A stretch of DNA of 46,548 nucleotides from an uncultured Clostridia bacterium (GTDB lineage: Bacteria; Bacillota; Clostridia; TANB77; CAG-508), in the NCBI GenBank assembly GCA_944388745.1, contig CALXJZ010000003.1, forward strand, positions 1 to 46,548, read 5' to 3'. Under the pieces are notes generated by a model. The model searched no databases. It was given only the letters and a program-made list of their open reading frames with translations, and had not been told where the DNA came from. Shown piece by piece: positions 35,412 to 44,837 of this stretch. Made by a program: the position numbers and the translations under genes. The number at the start of each line of letters is the position of its first letter. The stretch's first letter is position 1.

Positions 35412-36932
35412 TTGAGCAGAGGAAAGAGATACGAAGAACCAAAACTAAATTTAAAAAAAGTTTTTGCAGTAATAATAGCATTTGTAGTATTAATAATGTT
35501 TATATTCATGATAAGAGGGTTATTTGCAAGAGATGGAGAGCAAACAAGAATAACAAGTAAGGACTATTTTGCAGCATTTCAAAATAATAAGTGGGGAATA
35601 ATTGATTCCACTGGAGCAGTAGTTATAGACCCATCATATCAGGAAATGATGGTAGTTCCAAATAGCAAAAAAGACGTATTTTTGTGTACTTTTGATGTGA
35701 ATTATGAAACAGGAGAATATAGTACAAAGGCTTTAAATAGTAAAAATGAAGAAATATTCACACAATATAATCAAATAGAGCCATTACAAGTAGTTGATAG
35801 AAATGGACAAGTAAGTTATATAAGTAATGTTCTAAAAGTACAAAAAGACGGTAAATACGGGCTTATAGATTTAGACGGAAATGAGTTGCAACCTTGTCAA
35901 TATGATTCAATTTCAACTCTTGAAGGAAAACAAGATGTAATAAAGGTGCAAAAGGATGGAAAGTTTGGACTTTTAGATGTTCAAGGAAAAGAAATAATAT
36001 CAGCACAATATACTGATATTAGAACATTAAAAGCTGATGATACAACAAATTATTTAGTTCAAAATGAAGAAGGAAAATATGGAATTGTAGGAAATAATAA
36101 TCAAGTGATTTTAGAACCAAATTATGATGAAATAAAAGATGTTTATACAACTAATTATTATGTTGTACAACAAGGTGAAACAGAAAAATTAATTAAAAAA
36201 GATGGTACAGATGTTTTAACAACTGGATTTGATGAAATTACAGGAATATTAAAAAATGAAGAAAATGGTGTAATATTTAAGCAAGGCGAAAAATATGGAA
36301 TTATGAATATGTCAGGAGAAGTTACGTTAAATCCAACATATGATGATTTAAAAGAGGCTAAAACAGGAATATTTATAGCTGAAAAAGACGAAAAATATGG
36401 AATAATAGATTTGATAGGTGCTGAAAAATTAGGATTTACATATCAGAGCTTAAATTATTATGAAAAAGCAGATTTGTATGTAGGAGAGGACGAAAACTTT
36501 AATAATTCAATAATTAATGGAAACTTTGAAGTGAAACAAACAGGTATCTTAATTGATGTTGATGAAGAAGAAGGTTATTTTGAATTAAGACAAGATGATG
36601 AAAACAAATATTATGATTTTTCATTTAATGAGAAAAAAGAATCAGATATATTTAAAACTCGTACATTATTTTTGAGTAAAAAAGATGGAAAATATGGTTT
36701 TGTTGATAAATCTGGAAATGTTGTTGTAGATTATATTTATGATGATGCAACTTCACAAAATAATTTTGGGTATGCGGCAGTAAAGAAAGACGGAAAATGG
36801 GGCAGTATTGATGATAAAGGCACAGTAATTCAAGAGCCTATTTATAATTTAGATGATTATTTGACAATTGATTTTATAGGTAGATGGCATTATGGAAAGG
36901 ATATTAATATGAATTACTACAACCAATTGTGA
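35412..36932 (+). CDS. Membrane-anchored WG-repeat protein
   Basis: N-terminal TM; repeated K(W/Y/F)G.ID..G..(V/I)...Y units; TTG after aggagg. Confidence 0.85.
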   Translation: MSRGKRYEEPKLNLKKVFAVIIAFVVLIMFIFMIRGLFARDGEQTRITSKDYFAAFQNNKWGIIDSTGAVVIDPSYQEMMVVPNSKKDVFLCTFDVNYETGEYSTKALNSKNEEIFTQYNQIEPLQVVDRNGQVSYISNVLKVQKDGKYGLIDLDGNELQPCQYDSISTLEGKQDVIKVQKDGKFGLLDVQGKEIISAQYTDIRTLKADDTTNYLVQNEEGKYGIVGNNNQVILEPNYDEIKDVYTTNYYVVQQGETEKLIKKDGTDVLTTGFDEITGILKNEENGVIFKQGEKYGIMNMSGEVTLNPTYDDLKEAKTGIFIAEKDEKYGIIDLIGAEKLGFTYQSLNYYEKADLYVGEDENFNNSIINGNFEVKQTGILIDVDEEEGYFELRQDDENKYYDFSFNEKKESDIFKTRTLFLSKKDGKYGFVDKSGNVVVDYIYDDATSQNNFGYAAVKKDGKWGSIDDKGTVIQEPIYNLDDYLTIDFIGRWHYGKDINMNYYNQL

Positions 36933-36934
36933 AC

Positions 36935-37056
36935 GTTAGAAAATAATTAAAATTTTGGCTGTGTCAAACTTCATTTGAAATTTAATCAACGTACAAATAG
37001 TACGCCTCATAAATTTCAAACTTGTTTTCCTTGCCAAAATTTAATTCTTTTCCAAC
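36935..37056. repeat. Long intergenic rod-like palindrome C
   Basis: gttagaaaataattaaaattttggc / gccaaaatttaattcttttccaac; tttgaaattta / taaatttcaaa; apex cgtac-aaata-gtacg. Confidence 0.8.
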
Positions 37057-37113
37057 TTAGTAAATTATGGATAATAATTACAATAATAAAAAGCGAAAGA
37101 AAAGGTGATTTAT

Positions 37114-38346
37114 ATGGAACTAAAGACGAACTACCAATATACATATTTTATTCATCCATTTATAATAAAAAATGGACAATATCAAAAATACATTTTAAAA
37201 ATGCTAAAAGATGAAAATTGTAAATTAAAAATCTTTCAAAAAGAAAAAGATTTTAAAATGTATAAATACTTTTTACCTAAGACAAGAGAATTCTTATTTT
37301 CAAGTTTTAGCATGAGTAATGAAAAGGTAAAACAATTAGAAGAGCTACCAATTGAAACAAGAGCAGCGCTTTTAGCGAAATATCAATGTAATATATTTGA
37401 ATATCATTTAAAAAAAGATATTCAAGCTAAAGTGCAGGACAAGTCAGGAATATTCTTCAAGATACATAAGATTGAGGTTATATGTTTTCAAACAGGAATA
37501 GAGTTTTTAGTAATGAAAACTACTTTAGAGGAATATGAAAAATTTTCGAATGTATTAAATTTTAACTACAAATTTAGAAATATTAATAATGAATTATCTG
37601 ACTTAGAAAATTACGATAATATCTCAATACAAACAGATAGTTTTGCAACTGCACAAAGCTTTAGAGATGTTGTAAGAAAGATTACAGGCGGAAAATCTGA
37701 AGCATTAAAATTGAATATAGATACAGAAAGATTTTTAACATATTCATATGTTTGTGTAGATCAAGAAGCATGGAATTCTAGTACGCAATTTGAGAATATT
37801 CAATATTATTTCAATAAATATGCAAATATATTGCCAGCAGACAATAGTAGAGAGCTAGATAGTGATAAAGTAGAGACATTTTCAAAGTGGAAATATGCGA
37901 AATTAGGATTAACTAAGCTAGGAATGACTTTATTTTCTTCAACAAGTGATATGAATAATTATACGATTCTTCCAGAGGAATATGAAAATCAATATTTTTA
38001 TACATATATTATTAATTTGTATAAGAAAATATATTTAAAGAAACTTGAAAATGATTTTAAAAATAGAAATAATATAAAAAGAACAAGAAAAAAATTTATT
38101 GAGTTTACTAAAAAAATGTGGATTCAAGAAATAACAGATGATGAAACAGGGACATTATTAAATCACAAATTACAAGAAGTATTTGAATTAGAAAAATTAT
38201 ATGCAGAAGTAAAAAATAAATATGATGTGTTATATAAAGAATTAAATATTGAAAGAAATAGAAATTCATTAATAATAATTTCTGTAATATTGGTGATTTC
38301 ATTAATACTTAATATTTTAAATTTTGTAGTTTTAACAAAAAAATAG
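37114..38346 (+). CDS. Hypothetical protein with CorA-like helical C-region and one C-terminal TM
   Basis: F.EF....W..EIT....G..L...LQEVF.LE.LY.EV pattern before a single TM; no GMN motif. ATG after aaggtg. Confidence 0.7.
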   Translation: MELKTNYQYTYFIHPFIIKNGQYQKYILKMLKDENCKLKIFQKEKDFKMYKYFLPKTREFLFSSFSMSNEKVKQLEELPIETRAALLAKYQCNIFEYHLKKDIQAKVQDKSGIFFKIHKIEVICFQTGIEFLVMKTTLEEYEKFSNVLNFNYKFRNINNELSDLENYDNISIQTDSFATAQSFRDVVRKITGGKSEALKLNIDTERFLTYSYVCVDQEAWNSSTQFENIQYYFNKYANILPADNSRELDSDKVETFSKWKYAKLGLTKLGMTLFSSTSDMNNYTILPEEYENQYFYTYIINLYKKIYLKKLENDFKNRNNIKRTRKKFIEFTKKMWIQEITDDETGTLLNHKLQEVFELEKLYAEVKNKYDVLYKELNIERNRNSLIIISVILVISLILNILNFVVLTKK

Positions 38347-38385
38347 GTTATAAAAAGTATGAATATATTAATTAGATATTGAAAT

Positions 38386-38418
38386 TTGAAGAGTTTCATA
38401 AAAGTGAAGCTCTTTCAA
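38386..38418 (+). terminator. Hairpin / possible terminator before acpS
   Basis: ttgaagagtttcat-aaa-agtgaagctctttcaa. Confidence 0.5.
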
Positions 38419-38433
38419 TAAGGAGAATAAGAA

Positions 38434-38802
38434 ATGCAGATAACTTGTGGAACAGATATAATTGAAATAGAAAGAATAAAAGAAAGTATAGAAGATTTAG
38501 GAGAAAAGTTTCTAAATAGAATTTATACACAAAAAGAAATTGAATATTGTGAAAGCAAGAAAGGTCAAAAATATCAGCATTATGCTGCTAGATTTGCAGC
38601 AAAAGAGGCAATATTTAAAGCAATTTCAAAAGAACTAAATGATAAGTATGAAATAGGTTGGAAAGACATGGAGATTTTAAATGATAAGCAGGGAAGACCA
38701 CAAGTTAAAATTAGGGGAGTTCAAAAAGAGAATATAGATATTAGCATATCGCATTGTAAGGAGTATGCTGTAGCAATGGTAGTAATGCTTGTTGAAAAAT
38801 AA
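38434..38802 (+). CDS. acpS: Holo-[acyl-carrier-protein] synthase
   Basis: GTDIIEIERI, AARFAAKEA..KA, GRP, ISISH..EYAVA. Confidence 0.95.
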   Translation: MQITCGTDIIEIERIKESIEDLGEKFLNRIYTQKEIEYCESKKGQKYQHYAARFAAKEAIFKAISKELNDKYEIGWKDMEILNDKQGRPQVKIRGVQKENIDISISHCKEYAVAMVVMLVEK

Positions 38803-38828
38803 TTACAATTGAAGGAAAGAAGGTTAGT

Positions 38829-39614
38829 ATGGAATTTTTTGATAGTCATGCACATTTAGATGATGAGAGATTTGATGGAGATAGAGAAGAAATCATAGAA
38901 AAAATAAGGATGAGTGGAGTTACAAGGCTAATAAGTGCAGGATATAGTTTGGAAGGTTCGAAAAAGGCAGTAGAATTATCAAAAAAATATGATTTTATTT
39001 ATGCAACATGTGGTATTTCACCAAATGATATTCCACAAACTGAAGAAGAATTGTGGAAAAACATAAGCGAAATAAAGCGAATTGCAATAGATGATTCAAA
39101 GGTTGTTGCAATTGGTGAAATAGGTTTAGATTATTATTGGGAAAAAGATATGCAAAGAAGAGAATTGCAACAAAAAGCTTTTATTAAACAAATTGAATTA
39201 GCAAATGAACTGCAATTGCCGATAGTAATTCATACAAGAGAAGCAGTAATGGATACACTTCAAATATTAAAAGAGAATGAAGTTTTGAAAAAGGGAGTAT
39301 TTCATTGCTGTCCATTAAATAGAGAACTTGTAAAGGAAGCATTGAAATTGGGATTTTATATATCATTTGCAGGACCAATAACTTTTAAAAACTCAAAAAA
39401 TGCATCTGAAATAATAGAAATGGTACCAAATGATAAAGTGTTAATAGAAACAGATAGTCCATATCTTTCGCCAGAACCATTAAGAGGAAAAAGAAATGAT
39501 TCTAGAAATGTAAAATTTATGGCGCAAAAAATAGCGGAAGTTAAAAAAATGCCACTTGAAGAAGTGGCAAAAATTACATATGATAATGCGATGAGCCTAA
39601 TTCAAATTTCTTAA
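38829..39614 (+). CDS. tatD: TatD family DNase
   Basis: DSHAHL, AIGEIGLDY, IHTREA, ETDSPYLSPEP.RGKRN. Confidence 0.93.
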   Translation: MEFFDSHAHLDDERFDGDREEIIEKIRMSGVTRLISAGYSLEGSKKAVELSKKYDFIYATCGISPNDIPQTEEELWKNISEIKRIAIDDSKVVAIGEIGLDYYWEKDMQRRELQQKAFIKQIELANELQLPIVIHTREAVMDTLQILKENEVLKKGVFHCCPLNRELVKEALKLGFYISFAGPITFKNSKNASEIIEMVPNDKVLIETDSPYLSPEPLRGKRNDSRNVKFMAQKIAEVKKMPLEEVAKITYDNAMSLIQIS

Positions 39615-40499
39615 GGCTTCGATTCTATCTTCTATGCTTGGGTGAGTAGACCAAATGCTAGAAGATTTTTTCTTACCTTCTTTAGTGTTTTTCTTAAATG
39701 GATTTACAATATACATATTAGCAGTTGCGCTATTTGCAGTTTGTAATTGATTTTCATCTGCGTCAAGTTTTTGTAAAGCTGAAATTAATCCTTCTGGATT
39801 TCTAGTAAATTCTACTGCTGTACTATCAGCTAAAAATTCTCTTTTTCTAGATAAAGCGAGTTGCATTAAAGAACCAAATATAGGTGATAAAATTAAGAAA
39901 ATAAGTCCAATTAACATTAAAATACTATTTCCTTTATTATCACTATCTCTATCTCCCATTCCTCCCCAGAATAAAAATCTAGAGAATAAATCTGATAACA
40001 TTACAATAAATCCTACCATAACAGAAACTACGCAACTTAAAAGAATATCATAATTTTTAATATGACTCAATTCATGAGCAAGAACACCTTCTAATTCGTA
40101 GTAATCTAATTTTTCTAATAATCCAGTTGTGACACAAACTACTGCATTTTTAGGATTTCTACCTGTTGCAAATGCATTTGGCTGAGGGTCATCAACTACA
40201 TACAATCTAGGTTTGTATTCTAGACCAGATGCAACCATTAAAGAATCAAGAATATTTACCAATTTTAAATCTTCTTCTTTAGTTGCTGGTCTAGCTCTAT
40301 TAACTGAAAGTACAATTTTATCGCTATAATAATATGAGCCCCAAGCTGTTGCAATTGAGAATACTAAAGCAATTACAATTGATAAACTTCCTAATCTTAA
40401 TGCATGACAAATATAATATACAATTAATGTTATAACAATTATAAAAATTGCTACAATTATTCCGGATTCTATTTTGTTTTTCTTTATACTTCTAAACAT
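39597..40499 (-). CDS. htpX: M48 family zinc metalloprotease HtpX
   Basis: PNAFATGR, HELSH (HExxH), SRKREFLAD, STHP...RI. Confidence 0.93.
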   Translation of the reverse strand: MFRSIKKNKIESGIIVAIFIIVITLIVYYICHALRLGSLSIVIALVFSIATAWGSYYYSDKIVLSVNRARPATKEEDLKLVNILDSLMVASGLEYKPRLYVVDDPQPNAFATGRNPKNAVVCVTTGLLEKLDYYELEGVLAHELSHIKNYDILLSCVVSVMVGFIVMLSDLFSRFLFWGGMGDRDSDNKGNSILMLIGLIFLILSPIFGSLMQLALSRKREFLADSTAVEFTRNPEGLISALQKLDADENQLQTANSATANMYIVNPFKKNTKEGKKKSSSIWSTHPSIEDRIEALRNLN

Positions 40500-40557
40500 T
40501 TTATAAATTGCTTTCCTTTCATTATATTAATACATTAATAAGAATTTTATTAAATAA

Positions 40558-40659
40558 GAGACATCTTTAATAGATAAAGAATGTCCCTCTTTTGTTTGAA
40601 GGTCCGTCCCTAAATCCCTAATAACAGGGATTTTAAGGACCGTCCCCTAATCCCTTTTT
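40558..40659 (-). repeat. GGGAC-core element, copy 4 (directly after lemA stop; three cores)
   Basis: Reverse complement of 40599-40655 matches 35179-35235 at 54/57 nt; a third core agggacattc at ~40579-40588. Confidence 0.85.
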
Positions 40660-41211
40660 CTAAAAACTTACTTTTACATTTTTTCTAGCTTCATCGCTAT
40701 CAGCAGTGAATAATTCACGAGCTTTGAATTTGAATATGTTTGCGATTATATTAGAAGGGAAAACTTCTAATTTTGTGTTATACATTGTTACAGTATCATT
40801 GTAAAATTGCCTTGAAAAAGATATTTTATTTTCTGTATTTCTTAATTCTTCTGATAATTCTGAGAAGTTTTGATTAGCTTTTAAATCTGGATAGTTTTCT
40901 GCAACAGCCATAATTGTTTTTAAAGCAGTTGATAATTCACTATCTAAATTTGCTTTTTCAGCTACAGTTTGTGTTTCTGACCAAGAACTTCTTAGATTAG
41001 TAATTTTTTCAAATGTTTCTTTTTCATGTGTCATATAGCCTTTTACTGTTTCAACAAAATTTGGTATTAAATCAAATCTTCTTTGTAATTGTACATCGAT
41101 TTGACTCCAAGCATTGTCTACTTTTATTCTTGCTTGAATTAAACTGTTGTACATAGCAATTACTGCAATAGCTAGAATAACTACAATAGCTAATATTATC
41201 CAACCAATCAT
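40660..41211 (-). CDS. lemA: LemA family protein
   Basis: N-terminal TM; NAWSQIDVQLQRRFDLIPN, AENYPDLKANQNF, RQFYND.V..YN. Confidence 0.96.
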   Translation of the reverse strand: MIGWIILAIVVILAIAVIAMYNSLIQARIKVDNAWSQIDVQLQRRFDLIPNFVETVKGYMTHEKETFEKITNLRSSWSETQTVAEKANLDSELSTALKTIMAVAENYPDLKANQNFSELSEELRNTENKISFSRQFYNDTVTMYNTKLEVFPSNIIANIFKFKARELFTADSDEARKNVKVSF

Positions 41212-41410
41212 GATTTTTCCTCCAATCTATTCTATATTTATTATTATATACAAAATTATGATAACATATTAATTTTTTTTATACAATATTTATGTGAAAA
41301 TTTAGTGAAGATTCTGTAATAAATGAGAAATCAAATGCATAAAATAATATAAAGCAAAAATACATCTTTGTTTAAGGACAAAGCATTTTGCGACGAAAAA
41401 ATATCAAAAT

Positions 41411-41439
41411 TTGACAAAAAAAGAAAAAAATAGTATAAT
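41411..41439 (+). promoter_or_regulatory. Consensus SigA promoter
   Basis: TTGACA-17-TATAAT. Confidence 0.8.
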
Positions 41440-41473
41440 ATACTTGTTGCCAAAAAGGAGGTAATTAATTTAT

Positions 41474-42406
41474 ATGAAAAAAGAAGAAAAAGCTTCAATT
41501 TCTATAATGAAAATCATCTGTATAAGTATAATTCTAATCCTAATATCAGGGATAGGAGTTATGGCAGTAAATACACAATTAAGTGATGTTAAGATAGTAC
41601 TTCAAAATGGATATGAAATGACAGCATTAACATCAAAAACAAAAGTATCAGACATATTAGAAGAAAATAATATAATTTTAGAAGATAGTCAAAAAACAAT
41701 ACCAGACTTAGATAGTGAAATTGCAGCAGGAGAAACAATAAAAATAACAGATAAATCATATAACGAAGTACAAATAGCAAAAATTTCAGAAGATGGTGTA
41801 GAAACATCATTAGACCAATTATTGGAAAATTATGCACCAGTTACTGAAAAAATAGTTGTAGAACAAGTAACAATACCTTATGAAACAGTTACAAAAAATA
41901 CAACAAATGAAACTACAGGAACAACAAATAAAGTTTTACAACAAGGGAAAGATGGTTTAAAAGAAGTAACTTACAAAGTTAAATATCAAAATGATGTAGA
42001 AATTGAAAAAACAGTAATATCTGAAGTAGTTATAACAGAACCGGTTGATAGAATAGTTCAAGTTCAAAAAGTTCAAACATCAAGGTCATCAGCATTACCA
42101 AGAACATCTTCAACATCTACTACAGGAGGAACAACTTATAAAATAACAGCATATTGTCCATGTAGCAAGTGTTGTGGAAAAGCAACTGGAAGAACAGCTT
42201 CAGGAACAACAGCAACAGCTGGAAGGACTGTTGCAGCATCAAGTAAATTCGCATTTGGTACAAAATTAAATATAGGAGGTCACATCTATACTGTTGAAGA
42301 TAGAGGTGGCGCAGTAAATGGTAACAAAATAGACATATTTGTTAATACACACGCAGAAGCTCTTCAATGGGGAGTTAGATATATGACAGTAAGTGTAGTT
42401 AACTAA
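41474..42406 (+). CDS. YabE-like DUF348/G5/3D-domain cell wall protein
   Basis: TM; DUF348-like (TKVSDILEE); G5 (GKDGLKEVTY..EPVDRIV); 3D (TAYC..TASG, EDRGGAV.GNKIDIF). Confidence 0.88.
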   Translation: MKKEEKASISIMKIICISIILILISGIGVMAVNTQLSDVKIVLQNGYEMTALTSKTKVSDILEENNIILEDSQKTIPDLDSEIAAGETIKITDKSYNEVQIAKISEDGVETSLDQLLENYAPVTEKIVVEQVTIPYETVTKNTTNETTGTTNKVLQQGKDGLKEVTYKVKYQNDVEIEKTVISEVVITEPVDRIVQVQKVQTSRSSALPRTSSTSTTGGTTYKITAYCPCSKCCGKATGRTASGTTATAGRTVAASSKFAFGTKLNIGGHIYTVEDRGGAVNGNKIDIFVNTHAEALQWGVRYMTVSVVN

Positions 42407-42419
42407 AATAATTGAGAAT

Positions 42420-42464
42420 AAAATGCTCACATTTCAAGTTTTATCTTGAAATATGAGCATTTTT
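42420..42464 (+). terminator. Intrinsic terminator
   Basis: aaaatgctcacatttcaag ... cttgaaatatgagcattttt. Confidence 0.78.
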
Positions 42465-42502
42465 AGACTATAATATAAAAGTATTGTAAAGAAAAATTTA
42501 GG

Positions 42503-42556
42503 AAAAAATAATGAATAAAAAAATAATGAATAAAAAAATAATGAATAAAAAAATAA
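42503..42556. repeat. 15-bp tandem repeat (taatgaataaaaaaa x3) upstream of exoA
   Basis: Three exact units at 42509-42553. Confidence 0.85.
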
Positions 42557-42618
42557 AGATTTATATATAAAAGAATTATTTGAAAAAGAAAATTTATAAA
42601 TATAGAAAGGAATGAAAA

Positions 42619-43389
42619 ATGAAACTAATCTCATGGAATGTAAATGGAATAAGAGCATGTGTAAATAAAGGATTCAAAGAATTCTTTAAAGAAATAAATG
42701 CAGACATATTTTGTATACAAGAAACAAAATGTCAAGAAGGGCAAATAGAATTAGAATTTGAGGGATATAAAAGTTTTTGGAATAGTGCTGAAAGAAAAGG
42801 ATACTCAGGAACAGCAATCTTCACAAAAATAAATCCATTATCAGTTAGATATGGAATTGGAATAGAAGAACATGATAAAGAAGGAAGAGTTATAACACTA
42901 GAATTCGAAGATTTCTATATGGTAAATATTTATACACCAAACTCAAAAAGAGAATTAGAAAGATTAGATTATAGACAAATATGGGAGGATGAAATAAGAA
43001 AATATTTATTAAAATTAAACGAAACAAAACCTGTAATAATGTGTGGTGATTTAAATGTAGCACATGAAGAAATAGACTTGAAAAATCCAAAAACAAATAG
43101 AGGAAATGCAGGATTTACAGATGAAGAAAGAGCAAAAATGACAGAACTATTAAATGCAGGATTTGTAGATAGTTTCCGTTATCTATATCCAGACAAAGAA
43201 GGACAATATAGTTGGTGGTCATATATGGGAAAAGCAAGAGAAAAGAATGTAGGATGGAGAATTGACTATTTTATAGTATCAAAAGATATAAAAGACAGAA
43301 TAAAAGAAGCAACAATTTATCCAGAAGTTATGGGAAGCGACCATTGTCCAGTTGGACTTGTGGTCAGTTTGGGGACAGGTTCGGACTGA
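42619..43389 (+). CDS. xth: Exodeoxyribonuclease III / AP endonuclease (Xth/ExoA)
   Basis: ISWNVNGIRA, CIQETK, GDLNVAH, GWRIDY, GSDHCPV. Confidence 0.96.
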   Translation: MKLISWNVNGIRACVNKGFKEFFKEINADIFCIQETKCQEGQIELEFEGYKSFWNSAERKGYSGTAIFTKINPLSVRYGIGIEEHDKEGRVITLEFEDFYMVNIYTPNSKRELERLDYRQIWEDEIRKYLLKLNETKPVIMCGDLNVAHEEIDLKNPKTNRGNAGFTDEERAKMTELLNAGFVDSFRYLYPDKEGQYSWWSYMGKAREKNVGWRIDYFIVSKDIKDRIKEATIYPEVMGSDHCPVGLVVSLGTGSD

Positions 43390-43392
43390 CCA
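43361..43392 (+). repeat. GGGAC-core element, copy 5 (encodes xth C-terminus and stop)
   Basis: tggtcagtttg-[gggacaggtt]-cggactgacca; 11-bp stem with two G-U pairs. Confidence 0.7.
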
Positions 43393-43422
43393 TTTTATTA
43401 AAATGAAAGGATTGAAAATCTT

Positions 43423-44559
43423 ATGGAGAAAATAAAAAATGATTGGAAAAAGTGGTTATATTGGTTTTTGTTGGGATTTGCAATAATTGTAGTATATAAC
43501 ATCTTTAATAATTTTGATGAAGTAATGGGAGTATTAGGAAGATTTTTTGATATAGTAGCTCCATTTATAGCTGGTATCTTTATAGCATATTTGTTATATA
43601 TGCCATGTAGAAAAATAGAAAGATTTTTTTCAAAGTCTAAGTCAAAATTTGTAAAGAAACGAGCAAGAGTTTTAAGCATAATAACTGTTTATTTAATAGT
43701 TCTATTAATAATTGCAGTTTTAATAGGAGTTATATTACCTGTTGTTATAGAAAGTGTAACAGACTTTTTAAACAATATTCAAAATTATTATGAAACAGCA
43801 ATTGATAGATACAATGCTTTACCAGAAGATTCAATATTAAAAAGTGATATGGTAAATGATGCAATTCAGAGTATACAACATATAGATATTAAACAATATT
43901 TCCAAATGGATAAGATAATAGGCTATGTAATGACAGCTGTTCAAGCAGTTACTGGTATTGTTGATATATTTGTCACATTAATTGTTTCTATATACATATT
44001 AGCAGAAAGAACAAAAATTATAGCATTTTTGAAAAGAGTTGCTTCCGCTATGTTCAAAGAAAGAACATACAAAAATGTAAATAAATATTTTAATAATTCA
44101 AATGAAATATTTTTTAAATTTATTGCTAGTCAATTTTTAGATGCAGTAGTAGTTGGAACTTTAATTACAATCGCATTAACAATCATGGGAGTTAGATATG
44201 CTCCATTACTTGGATTCTTTATAGGATTATTTAATATGATTCCTTTTGTTGGTGCAATAATTGCAACTGTAATTTCAGCGTTGATTACTTTAATTACAGG
44301 GGGACTTAGTCAAGCTATATGGATGCTTATTGTAACTATTGTGTTGCAACAAATTGATGCAAATATAATTAATCCTAAAATTGTAGGTCAATCATTGAAG
44401 ATTAGTCCATTATTAGTTTTATTTGCAGTAACTGTTGGGGGAGCATATTTTGGAATATTGGGAATGTTTTTAGCTGTTCCTGTAATTGCAGTAATACGAA
44501 TACTAATAGATGACTATTTAAGATATAGATTAGCAATCAAGAAAAAAAGTTTAAAATAG
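43423..44559 (+). CDS. AI-2E family transporter
   Basis: PF..G..IAYLL..P, NMIPFVGA, QQIDANIINPKIVG, GILGMFLAVP. Confidence 0.93.
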   Translation: MEKIKNDWKKWLYWFLLGFAIIVVYNIFNNFDEVMGVLGRFFDIVAPFIAGIFIAYLLYMPCRKIERFFSKSKSKFVKKRARVLSIITVYLIVLLIIAVLIGVILPVVIESVTDFLNNIQNYYETAIDRYNALPEDSILKSDMVNDAIQSIQHIDIKQYFQMDKIIGYVMTAVQAVTGIVDIFVTLIVSIYILAERTKIIAFLKRVASAMFKERTYKNVNKYFNNSNEIFFKFIASQFLDAVVVGTLITIALTIMGVRYAPLLGFFIGLFNMIPFVGAIIATVISALITLITGGLSQAIWMLIVTIVLQQIDANIINPKIVGQSLKISPLLVLFAVTVGGAYFGILGMFLAVPVIAVIRILIDDYLRYRLAIKKKSLK

Positions 44560-44652
44560 TAATGAAATTGTATTCATTTAGAGTGAAATGATATTTATAT
44601 TTGACTGAATAAAAATTTTATTTTACGTAAAGTGTTGATTTTGTTATAAAAA

Positions 44653-44669
44653 TGTAATATAATTGTAAT
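44653..44669 (+). promoter_or_regulatory. Possible WalR-type direct repeat
   Basis: TGTAAT-ataat-TGTAAT upstream of a surface protein gene; AT-rich background weakens it. Confidence 0.3.
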
Positions 44670-44766
44670 GTAAATATTAATTTGTTTTAATATTCTTTAA
44701 AACTTATATCCGTAAGAGAATAGAAAGTAGCTGAAAATCCATTATAAAAAATGGTAAAAAATCCTA

Positions 44767-44795
44767 TTGACTAGAAGTAAAATAAGTGACAAAAT
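44767..44795 (+). promoter_or_regulatory. SigA-type promoter
   Basis: TTGACT-17-CAAAAT with TG extension. Confidence 0.5.
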
Positions 44796-44837
44796 ATATA
44801 AGAAGGATTATATCAATAACAAAAAGGAGAGAAAACT

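Noticed and set aside
36975-37214. 79-aa ORF from the track
   Set aside because: Starts inside palindrome C without an RBS and overlaps the real downstream gene in another frame.
42434-42658. 74-aa minus-strand ORF with YSLFF repeats
   Set aside because: Translation artefact of the 15-bp tandem repeat; overlaps the xth start.
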